Source: a virus
Taxonomy: Duplodnaviria; Caudoviricetes
Reading direction: 5' to 3' (one strand)
DNA: 61,944 nucleotides
Virus record (IMG/VR): IMGVR_UViG_3300032087_000824
Span: 1-61,944 of that record
Of this stretch, positions 10,701-20,452 are shown one piece after another. Within the stretch, counting starts at the first letter, position 1. Every line of letters begins with the position of its first letter. The translations under genes and the position numbers were made by a program. The notes under the pieces are model-generated. The model made no database searches. It was not told the origin of the DNA and saw nothing but the letters and a program-made list of their open reading frames with translations.

Positions 10701-13700
10701 GCTGGTGTAAATCTCTTCATAGAGATTAACTCACCTCTAAATGTTCCATTAAATCCTGTAAGTTTATAAGCTATCTCAGCAGCTATAGGGTCATCACCTA
10801 ACTGTATAACTTCTCCTGCTGCACCACCATAAAAAGTATCATCTGTTTTATTAACTTCTAAAAAAGAACCTTGTCTAGAAAATGATTGATTAGGGTCAAG
10901 TACGCCTCCGTGTGATGTAGTCATTGCACCACCGTGTTCTATACCTTCTCCTATAGTATTGCCCTCTATATCGTATACGCCTTTTGCTATAAGTCTTTCT
11001 GCAAATTCATCTTCATCATAACCTCTAACTCTATAAGCTATTTTTCTTTGGTCTTTACCCATTATCCAAGCAAATGCAGATAATGGATGACTAAATACAT
11101 TGTCTAAATTATCCATCCACATACGAATTTGTTCTTCACCAACAACCCTAGAAGTCCAAGCAGCTCTTAAAAGTATTGCTGGCTTCCAAGCTTTATTCAT
11201 ATATGAATCGCCTATCATTCCTAAGTAACCTGAAGTTAACTCTCTAACTATTGCATCTTCTTCATTCTTTGTTAATTTAAATCTTTTTCTAGCATTTCTA
11301 ACCATAAGCTCTGCAGTTTCTGACACGCTTTTGTCATCTTTAATAGTAAGTTCATAAAGTCTAGATACTGGTTTAGCTAGTTCTTTTTCAAATTGAGATG
11401 CTATAACTTCATCTTCTTGTAAACCTGCAAGTCTTTGTGGTATTAATTTACCCTTACCTGCTGCTCTCATCCAAAACTCTCTTGCTGGAGAATATACTCT
11501 TAAAAATAATCTTGCATCAGGAAGTGGTATTGCGTCAGTACCTAAATACTCTGCAATAAGTTGAGCTGTAGGTCTGCCTGATATCTTTGCAATGTTTTCA
11601 ATTTGTGCTTCATTAAATAACTGTTCACTAATTCTTTCCATTGTTTCATAGTTCTGTACTTTGTTTTCAAAGAAGCTAAGTATTTGTTGTGGTGTTACCT
11701 TTGCATTCTGTATTACTTTAGAACCTTTTTCTGTTTTCTTAAATGGAGCTTTACTTTTAATAAACAATGGTTTAAGAACACTTTCTAGGACATCTCTGTC
11801 TTTAAATCCAGCAGGTCCTGCAATATTAACTGTTTTATTTCTAAGAAGCTTTTGTGCTTCTACAATAAAATCATCTGTAAGATTTGGATTTTCTAAATCA
11901 ATAAGTATCAAAGGTTTGTTAAGTGTCTTTTTAAAAACACCTGTTTCATACTTGTCTATATTTTTTGCAACTTCATCTCTCCACTCTGGTCCTACCCATC
12001 TGTTTCTAGATGCGTACAATATAGTTTTAGCAGTACCACCACCGCCTTGTGTAAGTTTGCTTTTTCTAAATGCAACTATTGTTACATCATTGTTATCTAC
12101 ATTTTGAGTAGTTCTAAATTTATAATCTCTTGGTCTAGGTTTCATAGCACCTATATCTCCACCATTTAATATATTTAATTCGTCTTGTAGTTTTATATAA
12201 TTAGCAGCATCATTGCCTTGATATAATATTTGATTGCTAATTTTTGATAATTGTTTTTTTGTATTCATTAATTTTACTTGTGCATCTGTAAGTAACTCAT
12301 CTGCATTATTTAAAAATTCTCTATATCCTCTTTCATCAAAACTTTCAAATATAATTGTTCTTTGTATTTTTATATCTCCAGTTGGTTTTGGATAAGCACC
12401 TTCTTCTATAAATTCTCTTACATTAAAATCAGGACTTAGACCAGTATCTGTTTCATTTTTACCAAATCTTTTTACTGGATATCTATAATTGGTTGTTTCA
12501 ATTTTAGTTCCGCCACCTTCTTTAGGAAGTTTTACTTTACGTTGATAAACAGCATCATATTGAATTGTTTTATTTTTTACAAACCTAAGTATTGCTGATT
12601 TAAATTGTAAGTCATCAACAATTTCTCTAACACTTCTGTCATCACCTTTTGTAACATCTTTACCTTTAACTGTAGTTTGTTTTATTCTTTTGCCTTGTTG
12701 GTCTACACCTTGATAATTCTTACCTTCTAACTCTACATTAATTCTAAATAATTCTTGTTCAGCAAGTTCAGCATTTCTTAAAGCCTGTTGCAACTGTTCG
12801 TCTGTATATTTTTCAGGAAGAATACCTTTATCTACCTTCTTTAATTTTTCTGCTTCAACTTTTTTTGTTAATGTGTTTATTTCGTTTTCTAAAACAATTT
12901 GTCTTTTAAGCAGTGAAGCATCGCCACCACCTTCAGTAACTTGTTTTATATATTCTTCTAAAGCTTTTACTGCATCTTCTCTTTTAGAAAAATTAATTAA
13001 TCCACCTTTACCTTTTATTTCTAATGCAATCCTGTCAGCTATTTCTGTTTCAGTTAAATCTCCAAATTTACCTTTATTAAGTATTTGATAATATCTTGCT
13101 TTTTCACTTGCAGTTAATCTTTCTTCTTTAAATGTATCTTTAAATTTAAGACCTTTAGTGTTTTGTGTTATTTTTTGTTCTAACCTAGCCAGGCTATTTT
13201 CAGTGCTTTTAATAGCGTCATCTACTGAATCTTGTACATTGTATTTTAATAACTGACCTGCACTGCTGTCATATCTACCATCTTTAATTGTACGTTGTGT
13301 AAGACCAGGCATACCGACACCACCAGTTTCAATACCTATATCATCTGCTATTTGTAAACCTAAAAAGTCAACACCCTCTTGACCACCACTACTTACTTTC
13401 TTTACAAGCACTTCCATTTCTGGGTCTAGCCTGTCTATAGTAGCTTCTGGTAATATTTCTTCTAGAAAATCATCTTTAAGAAAATTCATAGAAGGAACAT
13501 TTAAATCAGCAATAATATTATCTGGACCAGCTAATTCATAATCTATACGAACTGCTTCACCGTTTTTAAAATAATTTTTATTTTGAATTTGAGATTTGTA
13601 CCATTCGTATGTATATCCTTCTTTCCTAGCAATTTCTCTAGCCCTATCTTCTAATTTAGGATTTGTAAATAAATCTTTTGGGAGTGTTTCAACATTATTT

Positions 13701-15814
13701 ACACGAACTAAAACTTTTCTATTTGTATTTTGGTCAAGCATTTGCCTAATTTGACCTACTTCAGGTGCGCCATTATATCCTGCTAATGACCTAGTTGTAG
13801 ATGTTCTTTTACCCTGCATAATAAGTTCCATAGTGTTTGTGTCTTTATTTGAAAAAGGTGTATTTGTTTTTTTAACAGTAAAGTTCATTGGTATAGGTTT
13901 ACCTTCACCAACTATGTTTTCTATTTGTCCAAGTTCTGACTTAGCATCTCTAATTAATCTTCTTCTGCCACCTACTTCTACTTTTTTAACTCCAGCTCTT
14001 TCAGCAACTCTTTCTACAATCTCTAAAGCTTTTTCTAGTTCAAACTGTTGAGATAGTATTGCATTACCTTTACTATCTACAATATCTAGTTTTTGTCCTT
14101 GCCAAAACTCCTCTGACATATTTGTTCTAAAGTATTTTCTAGTTTCATCAATAGAACCCATAAACTTTTTAATACCTTTAGATAATTCTGGAGGTAAATC
14201 TAACGCATCAAACTTCTGTGCTATATGTGTAAATACTCCATCATCACCACCTATGACATCAAGTACTAAAGATAACTTAGCTAAGTTTGCAGGTCTAGGG
14301 TCATATGGTGTTTGTGCATCAAATGGTATATCTGCTAATGCAGTAATAGCAGGGTCTTCCATACCATCTGCAATTCTATCTAAAGCTTTTATAGCAATTT
14401 CATCATCTACTTTTGCAAATTTCATCCACGCTTTTAATTCAAAAAATGTTGTATTTAAATCATTAGCGTGCAATCTTGGTGCAGGAAACTCTTGAAACAA
14501 TCTACCCCATTTAGAATCTTGATTGTTTAATTTCATAGCAGTTCTAAATCCACCTGCTCCATAATCTGAACCATAGTATGCTTTGCCTGCTGCTCTAGAA
14601 AACTTACCTTTAAATATTAAAGAGTTAGAATCTAGACGTTTGTTAAATGCTAAATTGTCTTGTGTGGTTTCTATAAGTATTTTTTGTACTTCTGATGCAT
14701 TATCTGCATCTCTAAGTTGTCTGCCGATAATAGCACCATTATCTAAATTTTTAAGTTGACCTTTAGTTAATATATCTATTTCATCATATGTACTAGCTCT
14801 TACAAATAAATCTGCAATATCTCTACCTGTTTGTGATGTATAAAATTCTTTTGCGGTAGGCTGATGAACTGTTGCTCTAACAGCTTTATTTATAAGACCT
14901 GGTTTATTATTAGGTGTAAATGTTCTTACTGCTTTACCTGCTCTAGATATACCTAAACCTAAATAAGTTGAAGGGTCTGTAAATATAGTATAAGCACCAT
15001 CAATAACACCTGACATAAATTTAAATGCTTTACTTCCTGGTTCAAATATTTCTACAGCAGCTACACGACCAGGAGATAATTTAACAGTACCTTTTCTACC
15101 TTGATAGCTTAATGCTGCTTTTTCTCTATCTTGTATTGTAGGTTGTGATATAGGTGTTCCTAACTGTTCTTGTATAGATTCTCTTACAATGTTTGGGTCT
15201 GCACCTCTACCTACTAATTCTTTATAAACTTCTGTATCTTCAGCTAATGTAGAGTTTCCAAAGTAACCTTCACCTAAATTAACTTTGTTACCTTTTTTTA
15301 TTTCTCTAAAAGCTCTACCTGCTAGTGTAGGTCCTGTTTCTTCAAATGTATTTTTTAATTCTGTATGAAAGTCAGGATTAATTGCTGCTAATGCTGTACC
15401 TATACCAGAAAAAAACAATAATGGGTTTTGTTGTTTTTTAGAGTAATATCTCATACCTGCAGTACCAAATCTTTTTACAAACTGGCTAGCAGATTCCATA
15501 CCTACAAAAGCACCTCTAATTGCACCCCTACCAGATGCTTTTATACTTTCCCACCAACTTCTTTCTTTTTCCATATATGAATTTACGATAGATGTAAACT
15601 CAGGACTATCTTTAGTAAGACCAACCATAGCACTTGCAACTTGTACATCTGTAGGTAAGAACCCATATTCTTGAGATATACCTATTAAGTTTTGTGCTAT
15701 ATCGTTTTGAGAAAAATAATTTCTAAGTTCTTGTGCTTGGTTTTTTCTTTGTTTTACAAACTCTGAATCAAGAGCGTCTTGATACGGAGATGGAAAACTC
15801 CACTCCCACGCCAT
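7718..15814 (-). CDS. Giant polyvalent internal virion/ejection protein, module A (ASCH, split cpYpsA/SLOG, Macro-like/DUF7831-like domains)
   Basis: 2698 aa. ASCH GKRTSTTR..EG; SLOG SGGQEGVD...RTTQNVDNNDVT...VNIAGP; FVFGDNL..GQAIIR..PNVIGVPTK domain. Paralog of 53608-60459. Confidence 0.7.
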   Translation of the reverse strand: MAWEWSFPSPYQDALDSEFVKQRKNQAQELRNYFSQNDIAQNLIGISQEYGFLPTDVQVASAMVGLTKDSPEFTSIVNSYMEKERSWWESIKASGRGAIRGAFVGMESASQFVKRFGTAGMRYYSKKQQNPLLFFSGIGTALAAINPDFHTELKNTFEETGPTLAGRAFREIKKGNKVNLGEGYFGNSTLAEDTEVYKELVGRGADPNIVRESIQEQLGTPISQPTIQDREKAALSYQGRKGTVKLSPGRVAAVEIFEPGSKAFKFMSGVIDGAYTIFTDPSTYLGLGISRAGKAVRTFTPNNKPGLINKAVRATVHQPTAKEFYTSQTGRDIADLFVRASTYDEIDILTKGQLKNLDNGAIIGRQLRDADNASEVQKILIETTQDNLAFNKRLDSNSLIFKGKFSRAAGKAYYGSDYGAGGFRTAMKLNNQDSKWGRLFQEFPAPRLHANDLNTTFFELKAWMKFAKVDDEIAIKALDRIADGMEDPAITALADIPFDAQTPYDPRPANLAKLSLVLDVIGGDDGVFTHIAQKFDALDLPPELSKGIKKFMGSIDETRKYFRTNMSEEFWQGQKLDIVDSKGNAILSQQFELEKALEIVERVAERAGVKKVEVGGRRRLIRDAKSELGQIENIVGEGKPIPMNFTVKKTNTPFSNKDTNTMELIMQGKRTSTTRSLAGYNGAPEVGQIRQMLDQNTNRKVLVRVNNVETLPKDLFTNPKLEDRAREIARKEGYTYEWYKSQIQNKNYFKNGEAVRIDYELAGPDNIIADLNVPSMNFLKDDFLEEILPEATIDRLDPEMEVLVKKVSSGGQEGVDFLGLQIADDIGIETGGVGMPGLTQRTIKDGRYDSSAGQLLKYNVQDSVDDAIKSTENSLARLEQKITQNTKGLKFKDTFKEERLTASEKARYYQILNKGKFGDLTETEIADRIALEIKGKGGLINFSKREDAVKALEEYIKQVTEGGGDASLLKRQIVLENEINTLTKKVEAEKLKKVDKGILPEKYTDEQLQQALRNAELAEQELFRINVELEGKNYQGVDQQGKRIKQTTVKGKDVTKGDDRSVREIVDDLQFKSAILRFVKNKTIQYDAVYQRKVKLPKEGGGTKIETTNYRYPVKRFGKNETDTGLSPDFNVREFIEEGAYPKPTGDIKIQRTIIFESFDERGYREFLNNADELLTDAQVKLMNTKKQLSKISNQILYQGNDAANYIKLQDELNILNGGDIGAMKPRPRDYKFRTTQNVDNNDVTIVAFRKSKLTQGGGGTAKTILYASRNRWVGPEWRDEVAKNIDKYETGVFKKTLNKPLILIDLENPNLTDDFIVEAQKLLRNKTVNIAGPAGFKDRDVLESVLKPLFIKSKAPFKKTEKGSKVIQNAKVTPQQILSFFENKVQNYETMERISEQLFNEAQIENIAKISGRPTAQLIAEYLGTDAIPLPDARLFLRVYSPAREFWMRAAGKGKLIPQRLAGLQEDEVIASQFEKELAKPVSRLYELTIKDDKSVSETAELMVRNARKRFKLTKNEEDAIVRELTSGYLGMIGDSYMNKAWKPAILLRAAWTSRVVGEEQIRMWMDNLDNVFSHPLSAFAWIMGKDQRKIAYRVRGYDEDEFAERLIAKGVYDIEGNTIGEGIEHGGAMTTSHGGVLDPNQSFSRQGSFLEVNKTDDTFYGGAAGEVIQLGDDPIAAEIAYKLTGFNGTFRGELISMKRFTPAIVKNNPNKMFVFGDNLARTGKAGQAIIRDEPNVIGVPTKNSARKFFSDDDYDVAVEAIDEAFQKIDEARGLGKVVVLPEDGLGTGLAQLEEKAPRINNYLQRKVKALKEEQTEAVLDETVSAEDAIKEIKDRFWDGDLSDWRTSYSYGSDEIGKYQKIRMLTDRKAADAYIDGIVARIHYKTGGHFETKEVFEDGTFKVLHRSDGSTGKAVTRTSPTSIIVHDIIKPGDDELIRHIAFGKRIQATRDMIPAGKPTRLKIGVDPDGNPIEITFGRNQTLDDHRTYKGHIRQIDKDREIYGAYHTMKKSTYDINAQTISKYDQVLENLFTTLMAVPTNRLSRSSAFRQYYWRFIEENGAYYDEALKNEIISMANMKASKWVKNSGETARILKGTKPIRDGDARILGVENISELDDAAKAYALSETKRLLYDLNKRHVVSDMLRLAFPFAEVYQEIIGTWSRLINQQKLLAGRKVQRVIQGARGSGEEGEEGFFHTDEMSGEEMFFFPGTELLTNYMFGEEENRLMTNPITGDAMKAPDVRIKLEGYSSSLNMVAGNPVPGLGPLVAIPAAKLLPDTALLDKIFFPYGREEGSPVSPYTYLDAMIPSWLKKVFSISGASTPEIKRTYANTYKDVLRMLITTGLYDDSTRAKQQDAMKKAEEIATRLSWIRAAVQFAAPTGAVIRYEIETTPGGALYLDPAEFQESDPDGYYFGMSIYADAYYRILAKYKGDQLAATTEFVNQFGIDPTALLTSKSKEIQKRSYTEVGGRFTRENQEVLDRYPNIGYYIFPDNPLDEFDFTSWANAFAERDRVDIDEDEYVAAIRNAQGRLAYEYQRRLLFDTPAYANVPSKNKFEMLTAVRNALIQEYPGYGVSSTIPTSMNVEAKIREFEDMLRQDGETNIKLPDGKTTKLKQLPAVQGAIAYMEQRNRLLTEARLVLGSNVSLQREELVRQRTALRQLAQQLFSEYPDFYYVYLDLFKYEVEEEFVDTTLYGGS

Positions 15815-16141
15815 TTAAGTAACTCCATCATCCATTAGAGCTAATATATCTGAACTTGGTAGTACAGCATACATTTGCCTTAGTATAAAGTTTTTATCCA
15901 TTTGCAAACTAGAACCAAATTGATTTATATTATTTTGTGCTACTGATTCAAATGGTCTTTCGGTAGGTCTATTTAAAGGAAGTGCATCTATTCTTGGAAC
16001 AGGCACAGGTGCTTGTTCTTGCACAGGTTGTACATTAGTTTGTTCTTCTTTAAACATTTCTGCACCACCTTGTTGTTCTAGTAATTCTTTAGAATCACCA
16101 TAAGATTCAGATGCATATTTTCTTTTTGCTTGTCTAGCCAT
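15815..16141 (-). CDS. Small structural-module protein, module A
   Basis: Start moved to MARQAKRK (108 aa, RBS GGAG). Paralog of 60467-60793 (ILxxMYxVLPS). Confidence 0.6.
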   Translation of the reverse strand: MARQAKRKYASESYGDSKELLEQQGGAEMFKEEQTNVQPVQEQAPVPVPRIDALPLNRPTERPFESVAQNNINQFGSSLQMDKNFILRQMYAVLPSSDILALMDDGVT

Positions 16142-16352
16142 AATTTTCTCCATAATCAAAATCATCAGGAACAATTAAAATATCTATTCTTCCTACCATA
16201 GGAATATAAGCTACTGTCATAATGTCAATAATTTTATCTAGTTGAAACCGTTTATTATTAAGTAATTCAGAATTAGCTTCCCACATAGGTTGTTCTTCTA
16301 CTGTATAATTTTGTGCAATAATTTTTGCAAACTCTTGATTTATATCAGGCAC
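16134..16352 (-). CDS. Small protein after portal, module A
   Basis: 72 aa. Paralog of 60795-60959 (EFAxIIAxN, EQPM, GRIDI). Confidence 0.6.
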   Translation of the reverse strand: MPDINQEFAKIIAQNYTVEEQPMWEANSELLNNKRFQLDKIIDIMTVAYIPMVGRIDILIVPDDFDYGENYG

Positions 16353-18084
16353 TTACACCTCCTAATAATGCAGCTAAGTTAGGTGGACCTTGTGGTGTTT
16401 GAGCTGCTTGTCCTTGTTGTTGCGCTTGCAATAAAGCTTGTTCTTCAGGACTTGGCTCTTCTCCTTGTGCTGTAAAATATTTTTCTAGTATGCTACCCAT
16501 TTGTTTTGGATTATTATATATTTCTACAACAGCCATCATTGCTGCTTTATCTCCTTGTTGGGAATTTTGTAACAACATCTGGTATAATATATCTTCGGTT
16601 CTCTGTTTAGTAATTCTCTCATTAATTTGACTAAGATTTTCTAAACCATCCATTTCTTGCTGCATAGTTTCTTTATCTATAATTCCTGCTTGTAATAACT
16701 GTAATCCAGTAATTATTTTATTAGGTGCGTCAAAAGAAGCCATAGCACCATACTTTCTTCTAGTTACATAGTTTTTATCTATGTCAGAAGAAGGTGTATA
16801 ACTTTCAGAAAATGATGCGCCTTTATAAGTTCCTGTTATTGGTTTTCTTCTACTACTAAACAATACTTCATCTAGTTCTAATCTTTTAGAATCTATTTCT
16901 TGTAAAGCATATTCAAGTATTGTGTGATACTCACTAACCATAGCACCTACGCCAGATTCCAGTTCTTCCAGACCTCTACCTGTTACAAATGAGTTTGGTG
17001 ATATAGCATCGTCCTGAACTGGATACCCAGCAACAACTCTTAGTTGCCTTTCTAACCTACCAACAGCTTCAAATAACTGATATGGTAAATTTGTTGTAGG
17101 TTTTACTACTTGTGAACCTGGTGTCAAATAGTTTATAGCATTTCTACCTTTTCTATATTGACCTGATTCTATTTCTCCAACAATGTTTGTTTCTGTAAAT
17201 ACTGCATCTTCCATTGCTATTACAGATAAAATATTAATTTTAGCCATAGAAGCCATAAGTCCTATGACTTGGTCAAACTGACCTTGTAATCTATCAAAAC
17301 TAAATCTTTTAGCAACTACAAATGCAGGACCTGATTTTAAAGGGTTTGGTACAAAGTCTACAATTTTTTTAGAAGCAACGTGCATAACATATGTACCTTC
17401 TATATTCATATACTCTAAAACTACATCTCCACTTTCGTTTGCATTTTCCCAACTACCATCATTGCTGTAATTTAAATTCATTGTGTCGTAAGAATTGTTT
17501 TCTGAATCTTTAGATTCAAACCAAGATTTAAGTTCTGGATACATTTCTATTAAGTTTCTTACAGGTACTTTTTGTATAATGGCTAATTCATCAGGATTTT
17601 GCATATTACCCATATAACCAGGAAAGCAATCGTATGGGTTTCTTAATTCTGCACACGGATACAAATTTCCATTGGCATCTGGTTTAGAAGTAATAACCCA
17701 TACAGCAAAGCCATAACCTGGTAACCATCTAGCAACTTGTGGTAACTGTAATTCTAATTGTTGCATTTTATCGTATGCAGTAATAATTCTTTCTAGTTTA
17801 TCTTTTTTAACTTTGTTTCTTTGACTATCTCTTGCATTTGTAATATGTACATCTAAAGAAGGAACTTTACCTATTTTTTGTGAAAGTCTGTCTAATGCAG
17901 ATAGTAATAAGTTAGGAGCAGGTATTGTGTATGCTTCGTTATTACTAAGTCCTGGTCCTAATAATTCCCTAATTCCATCTTCTCCACCATTTAAAATAGC
18001 TCTAAATCTTGCTCTATCTAATAATGCATCATCGTGCATATTTTTAAGATAAGTTGCTCTCTCAATAATTGCTTCAGGTTTCAT
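16345..18084 (-). CDS. Portal protein, module A
   Basis: 579 aa directly downstream of terminase, Q-rich C-terminus typical of podoviral portals. Strongly similar to 60959->61944. Confidence 0.8.
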   Translation of the reverse strand: MKPEAIIERATYLKNMHDDALLDRARFRAILNGGEDGIRELLGPGLSNNEAYTIPAPNLLLSALDRLSQKIGKVPSLDVHITNARDSQRNKVKKDKLERIITAYDKMQQLELQLPQVARWLPGYGFAVWVITSKPDANGNLYPCAELRNPYDCFPGYMGNMQNPDELAIIQKVPVRNLIEMYPELKSWFESKDSENNSYDTMNLNYSNDGSWENANESGDVVLEYMNIEGTYVMHVASKKIVDFVPNPLKSGPAFVVAKRFSFDRLQGQFDQVIGLMASMAKINILSVIAMEDAVFTETNIVGEIESGQYRKGRNAINYLTPGSQVVKPTTNLPYQLFEAVGRLERQLRVVAGYPVQDDAISPNSFVTGRGLEELESGVGAMVSEYHTILEYALQEIDSKRLELDEVLFSSRRKPITGTYKGASFSESYTPSSDIDKNYVTRRKYGAMASFDAPNKIITGLQLLQAGIIDKETMQQEMDGLENLSQINERITKQRTEDILYQMLLQNSQQGDKAAMMAVVEIYNNPKQMGSILEKYFTAQGEEPSPEEQALLQAQQQGQAAQTPQGPPNLAALLGGVSA

Positions 18085-19998
18085 TTAACTCCAAGGTGTT
18101 TCGTTCCATTCTACACTATTATACCCATCAAAGCTAGGAGTGTAGTCAATTCCTATATCTGCATATGTAAGTTTAGATAACGTTCTAACTACTTTCATAG
18201 GAAACCAACTAGCCATAACTATATCGCTTTTATAACTTCTACTCCCACTACCTTTAGAAGCAAAGTATGTAAGTTGTTTTGTGTATTGTGTAGTTTTAGC
18301 TTGTGCATCTGCATCACCAAATGGTAATGTAATCATTTTGTCATTAAACATAGGAGCAAGTGATGTAACACCAAATCTTTCATCCCATTTGTTTTTATGA
18401 GTTTCGTGTCCTTCTAGTTTTATTCCCTGTACATTACAAAACTGTTTAATTGTTTTATCTTGTCTAATAGCTTTTTGAAATCCATTTTCTTCAATTACCC
18501 AGTGGTAACATCCGTACATATCCCACCATTTTTTAATTAATTCAAATGCTTCATCTAGACCACCACCTAAGTGGTTATCTAAATCAACCATTGTAAGTTT
18601 TATTTCACTTGTTGTAGTTTCTACTGCCCAAAGAAATCCTGCTTGATAACCTGTAGCTGCAGGGTCTAATCCTGCTACTAGATAAGAACCACTAGGTACT
18701 GTGCCTATTGGCATTGTAGGGTTATAACATTGTGCTATTTGTTCTGGATTAAATAATCTAGCAGCTTCAGAAAAAGCTTTATTTAAATAAACCATTTCAA
18801 AGTTCTTTAATCCACCAGTAGTCATAGAATCTCTTTTACGATTCATTAACCATTTAAAAGTTCTTTTGCCTTCCCATAACATACATTCGGTATGTTCTTC
18901 TTCATTTATCTCTGGTATTACACACATAGAATCGTGTGCTTCTTCAACTATTGTTTCCCACGCTTCGTTTTCTAAAATTGCAGAATATAAATCATCAGGA
19001 TGCTGTCTTGAACCAATAAGCACCATAGCAGTGTGTTCTTCTTTTCTAGAACCAAGAGTTGTTGTCCACCAGTTTTTAGTATTGTTTCTTGATGCAGGTT
19101 GCATAGTAGAACTAAAATCTTCAATGTCGTCTGCAATAATTATGTCACAGTCACGAGAAAGTATCTTACCACCTCTACCAATACCAATCATTGTAGGTGA
19201 CTTTATACCTGATACAGTTCTTGTAGATACAGTAAAACCATTTCTTGACCACATTTTACCTGCTCTAGTTGCAGGTTTAAAACTACCACCTGGTCCACAA
19301 AAATCTTCTTTAAGTTTTTCGTTTTGGTCTAACGTGTCCATAACAGACATTACAGAGTTCATAGCAATATCTTCATTACCACCAACCCACATAACTCTTA
19401 TGTTTGGATTTCTACAAATTAACCATATAACAAAGTGTATAAGCAGTTCTGTTTTTCCGTGTCGTGGTGGACTAAGTATCATTTGCTGACCACCAATTAA
19501 CAAAGCTTTGTTAATAGATTTAATCCAATTATGATGAAACTCTGCTGTTTCAAATGGAACGCCTTGTTCTGTTAAAAAATATCTGTCTCTAAAATTTTTA
19601 AAATCATCTAGTGATTGTTTTGCATCATCAGATACTTCCCAATTTTCTGCTTGTATATCTTTTTCTAAATCTTCTCTAAATGCAGCTAACATTCTAGCAA
19701 CGTGTCCTGATGTGCAACCTAAAGCATTAGCTACTTCTTGTCTTGTAATTTGGTCTTTAATTAACTCTGATGCATATCCCTGATTTCTAAACTTTTCATA
19801 CAATGAACCTCTTCTAACTGTTGCAGATTTTGGTTCATTAATTTCTTTTACAGGTAATTCGTATGTTTCACCTTTTTGTTTAGCTCTGTGTATTCTTTGA
19901 GATATTCTTTTATAGCAAGTATCACTACAATATTTTGTTTTATTTGGTGGTAGTTGTGCATCACAATCTGGTGCAATACAAACTATGTTTTTTACCAT
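18085..19998 (-). CDS. terL: Terminase large subunit with N-terminal Zn-finger/HTH extension
   Basis: Walker A PPRHGKT, Walker B IIADD, nuclease motifs GLDPA and SDIVMA. Confidence 0.92.
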   Translation of the reverse strand: MVKNIVCIAPDCDAQLPPNKTKYCSDTCYKRISQRIHRAKQKGETYELPVKEINEPKSATVRRGSLYEKFRNQGYASELIKDQITRQEVANALGCTSGHVARMLAAFREDLEKDIQAENWEVSDDAKQSLDDFKNFRDRYFLTEQGVPFETAEFHHNWIKSINKALLIGGQQMILSPPRHGKTELLIHFVIWLICRNPNIRVMWVGGNEDIAMNSVMSVMDTLDQNEKLKEDFCGPGGSFKPATRAGKMWSRNGFTVSTRTVSGIKSPTMIGIGRGGKILSRDCDIIIADDIEDFSSTMQPASRNNTKNWWTTTLGSRKEEHTAMVLIGSRQHPDDLYSAILENEAWETIVEEAHDSMCVIPEINEEEHTECMLWEGKRTFKWLMNRKRDSMTTGGLKNFEMVYLNKAFSEAARLFNPEQIAQCYNPTMPIGTVPSGSYLVAGLDPAATGYQAGFLWAVETTTSEIKLTMVDLDNHLGGGLDEAFELIKKWWDMYGCYHWVIEENGFQKAIRQDKTIKQFCNVQGIKLEGHETHKNKWDERFGVTSLAPMFNDKMITLPFGDADAQAKTTQYTKQLTYFASKGSGSRSYKSDIVMASWFPMKVVRTLSKLTYADIGIDYTPSFDGYNSVEWNETPWS

Positions 19999-20261
19999 TT
20001 TACTTTATCAGCCCAATAGGCTGCAGACATCTTACCCTTCTTTATATTTTTAGCGTGTCTAGCTTTAAAAGATTTACGTTTAGCTTTAGACTTAGCGTCT
20101 TGTTTTTTACCTGCAGTTTTAGCACCTTGTTCACCAAATCTAATCATTTTTATTTTGCTACCTTCTTTAGCTAAAACAACGTGTGATTTAGTAGCGTGCT
20201 TAGGTGTACGTTTAGGTTTATTGTAACCTGAAAAACGTTCTCCACGATATTCAATAGACAT
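19992..20261 (-). CDS. Small basic protein
   Basis: 89 aa, Lys-rich (FSGYNKPKRTP, IRFG, SAAYWA). Resembles small proteins common in marine phages. Confidence 0.7.
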   Translation of the reverse strand: MSIEYRGERFSGYNKPKRTPKHATKSHVVLAKEGSKIKMIRFGEQGAKTAGKKQDAKSKAKRKSFKARHAKNIKKGKMSAAYWADKVKW

Positions 20262-20452
20262 TACTTTTTCTTCCTAACTGCTCTACTTTTTTGTACAGCT
20301 TTTAAGTTAATGTATTTACCTTCTTTATAAAGTTTAGCAGTTCTTTTAATCTCTGATGCTACTTTAGATTTAGAGTTCTTTTTATTTTTTAGATACTTAG
20401 CAGGAACTCCTTTTTCATAAGGAACTTTACGTTTACTTTTTTTTCTTGGCAC
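20261..20452 (-). CDS. Small basic protein
   Basis: 63 aa, Lys-rich, coupled to neighbours. Confidence 0.55.
   Translation of the reverse strand: MPRKKSKRKVPYEKGVPAKYLKNKKNSKSKVASEIKRTAKLYKEGKYINLKAVQKSRAVRKKK

Noticed and set aside
12130-13300. Intein splitting the SLOG domain
   Set aside because: No recognisable intein boundary (C/S...HN) or LAGLIDADG motifs.
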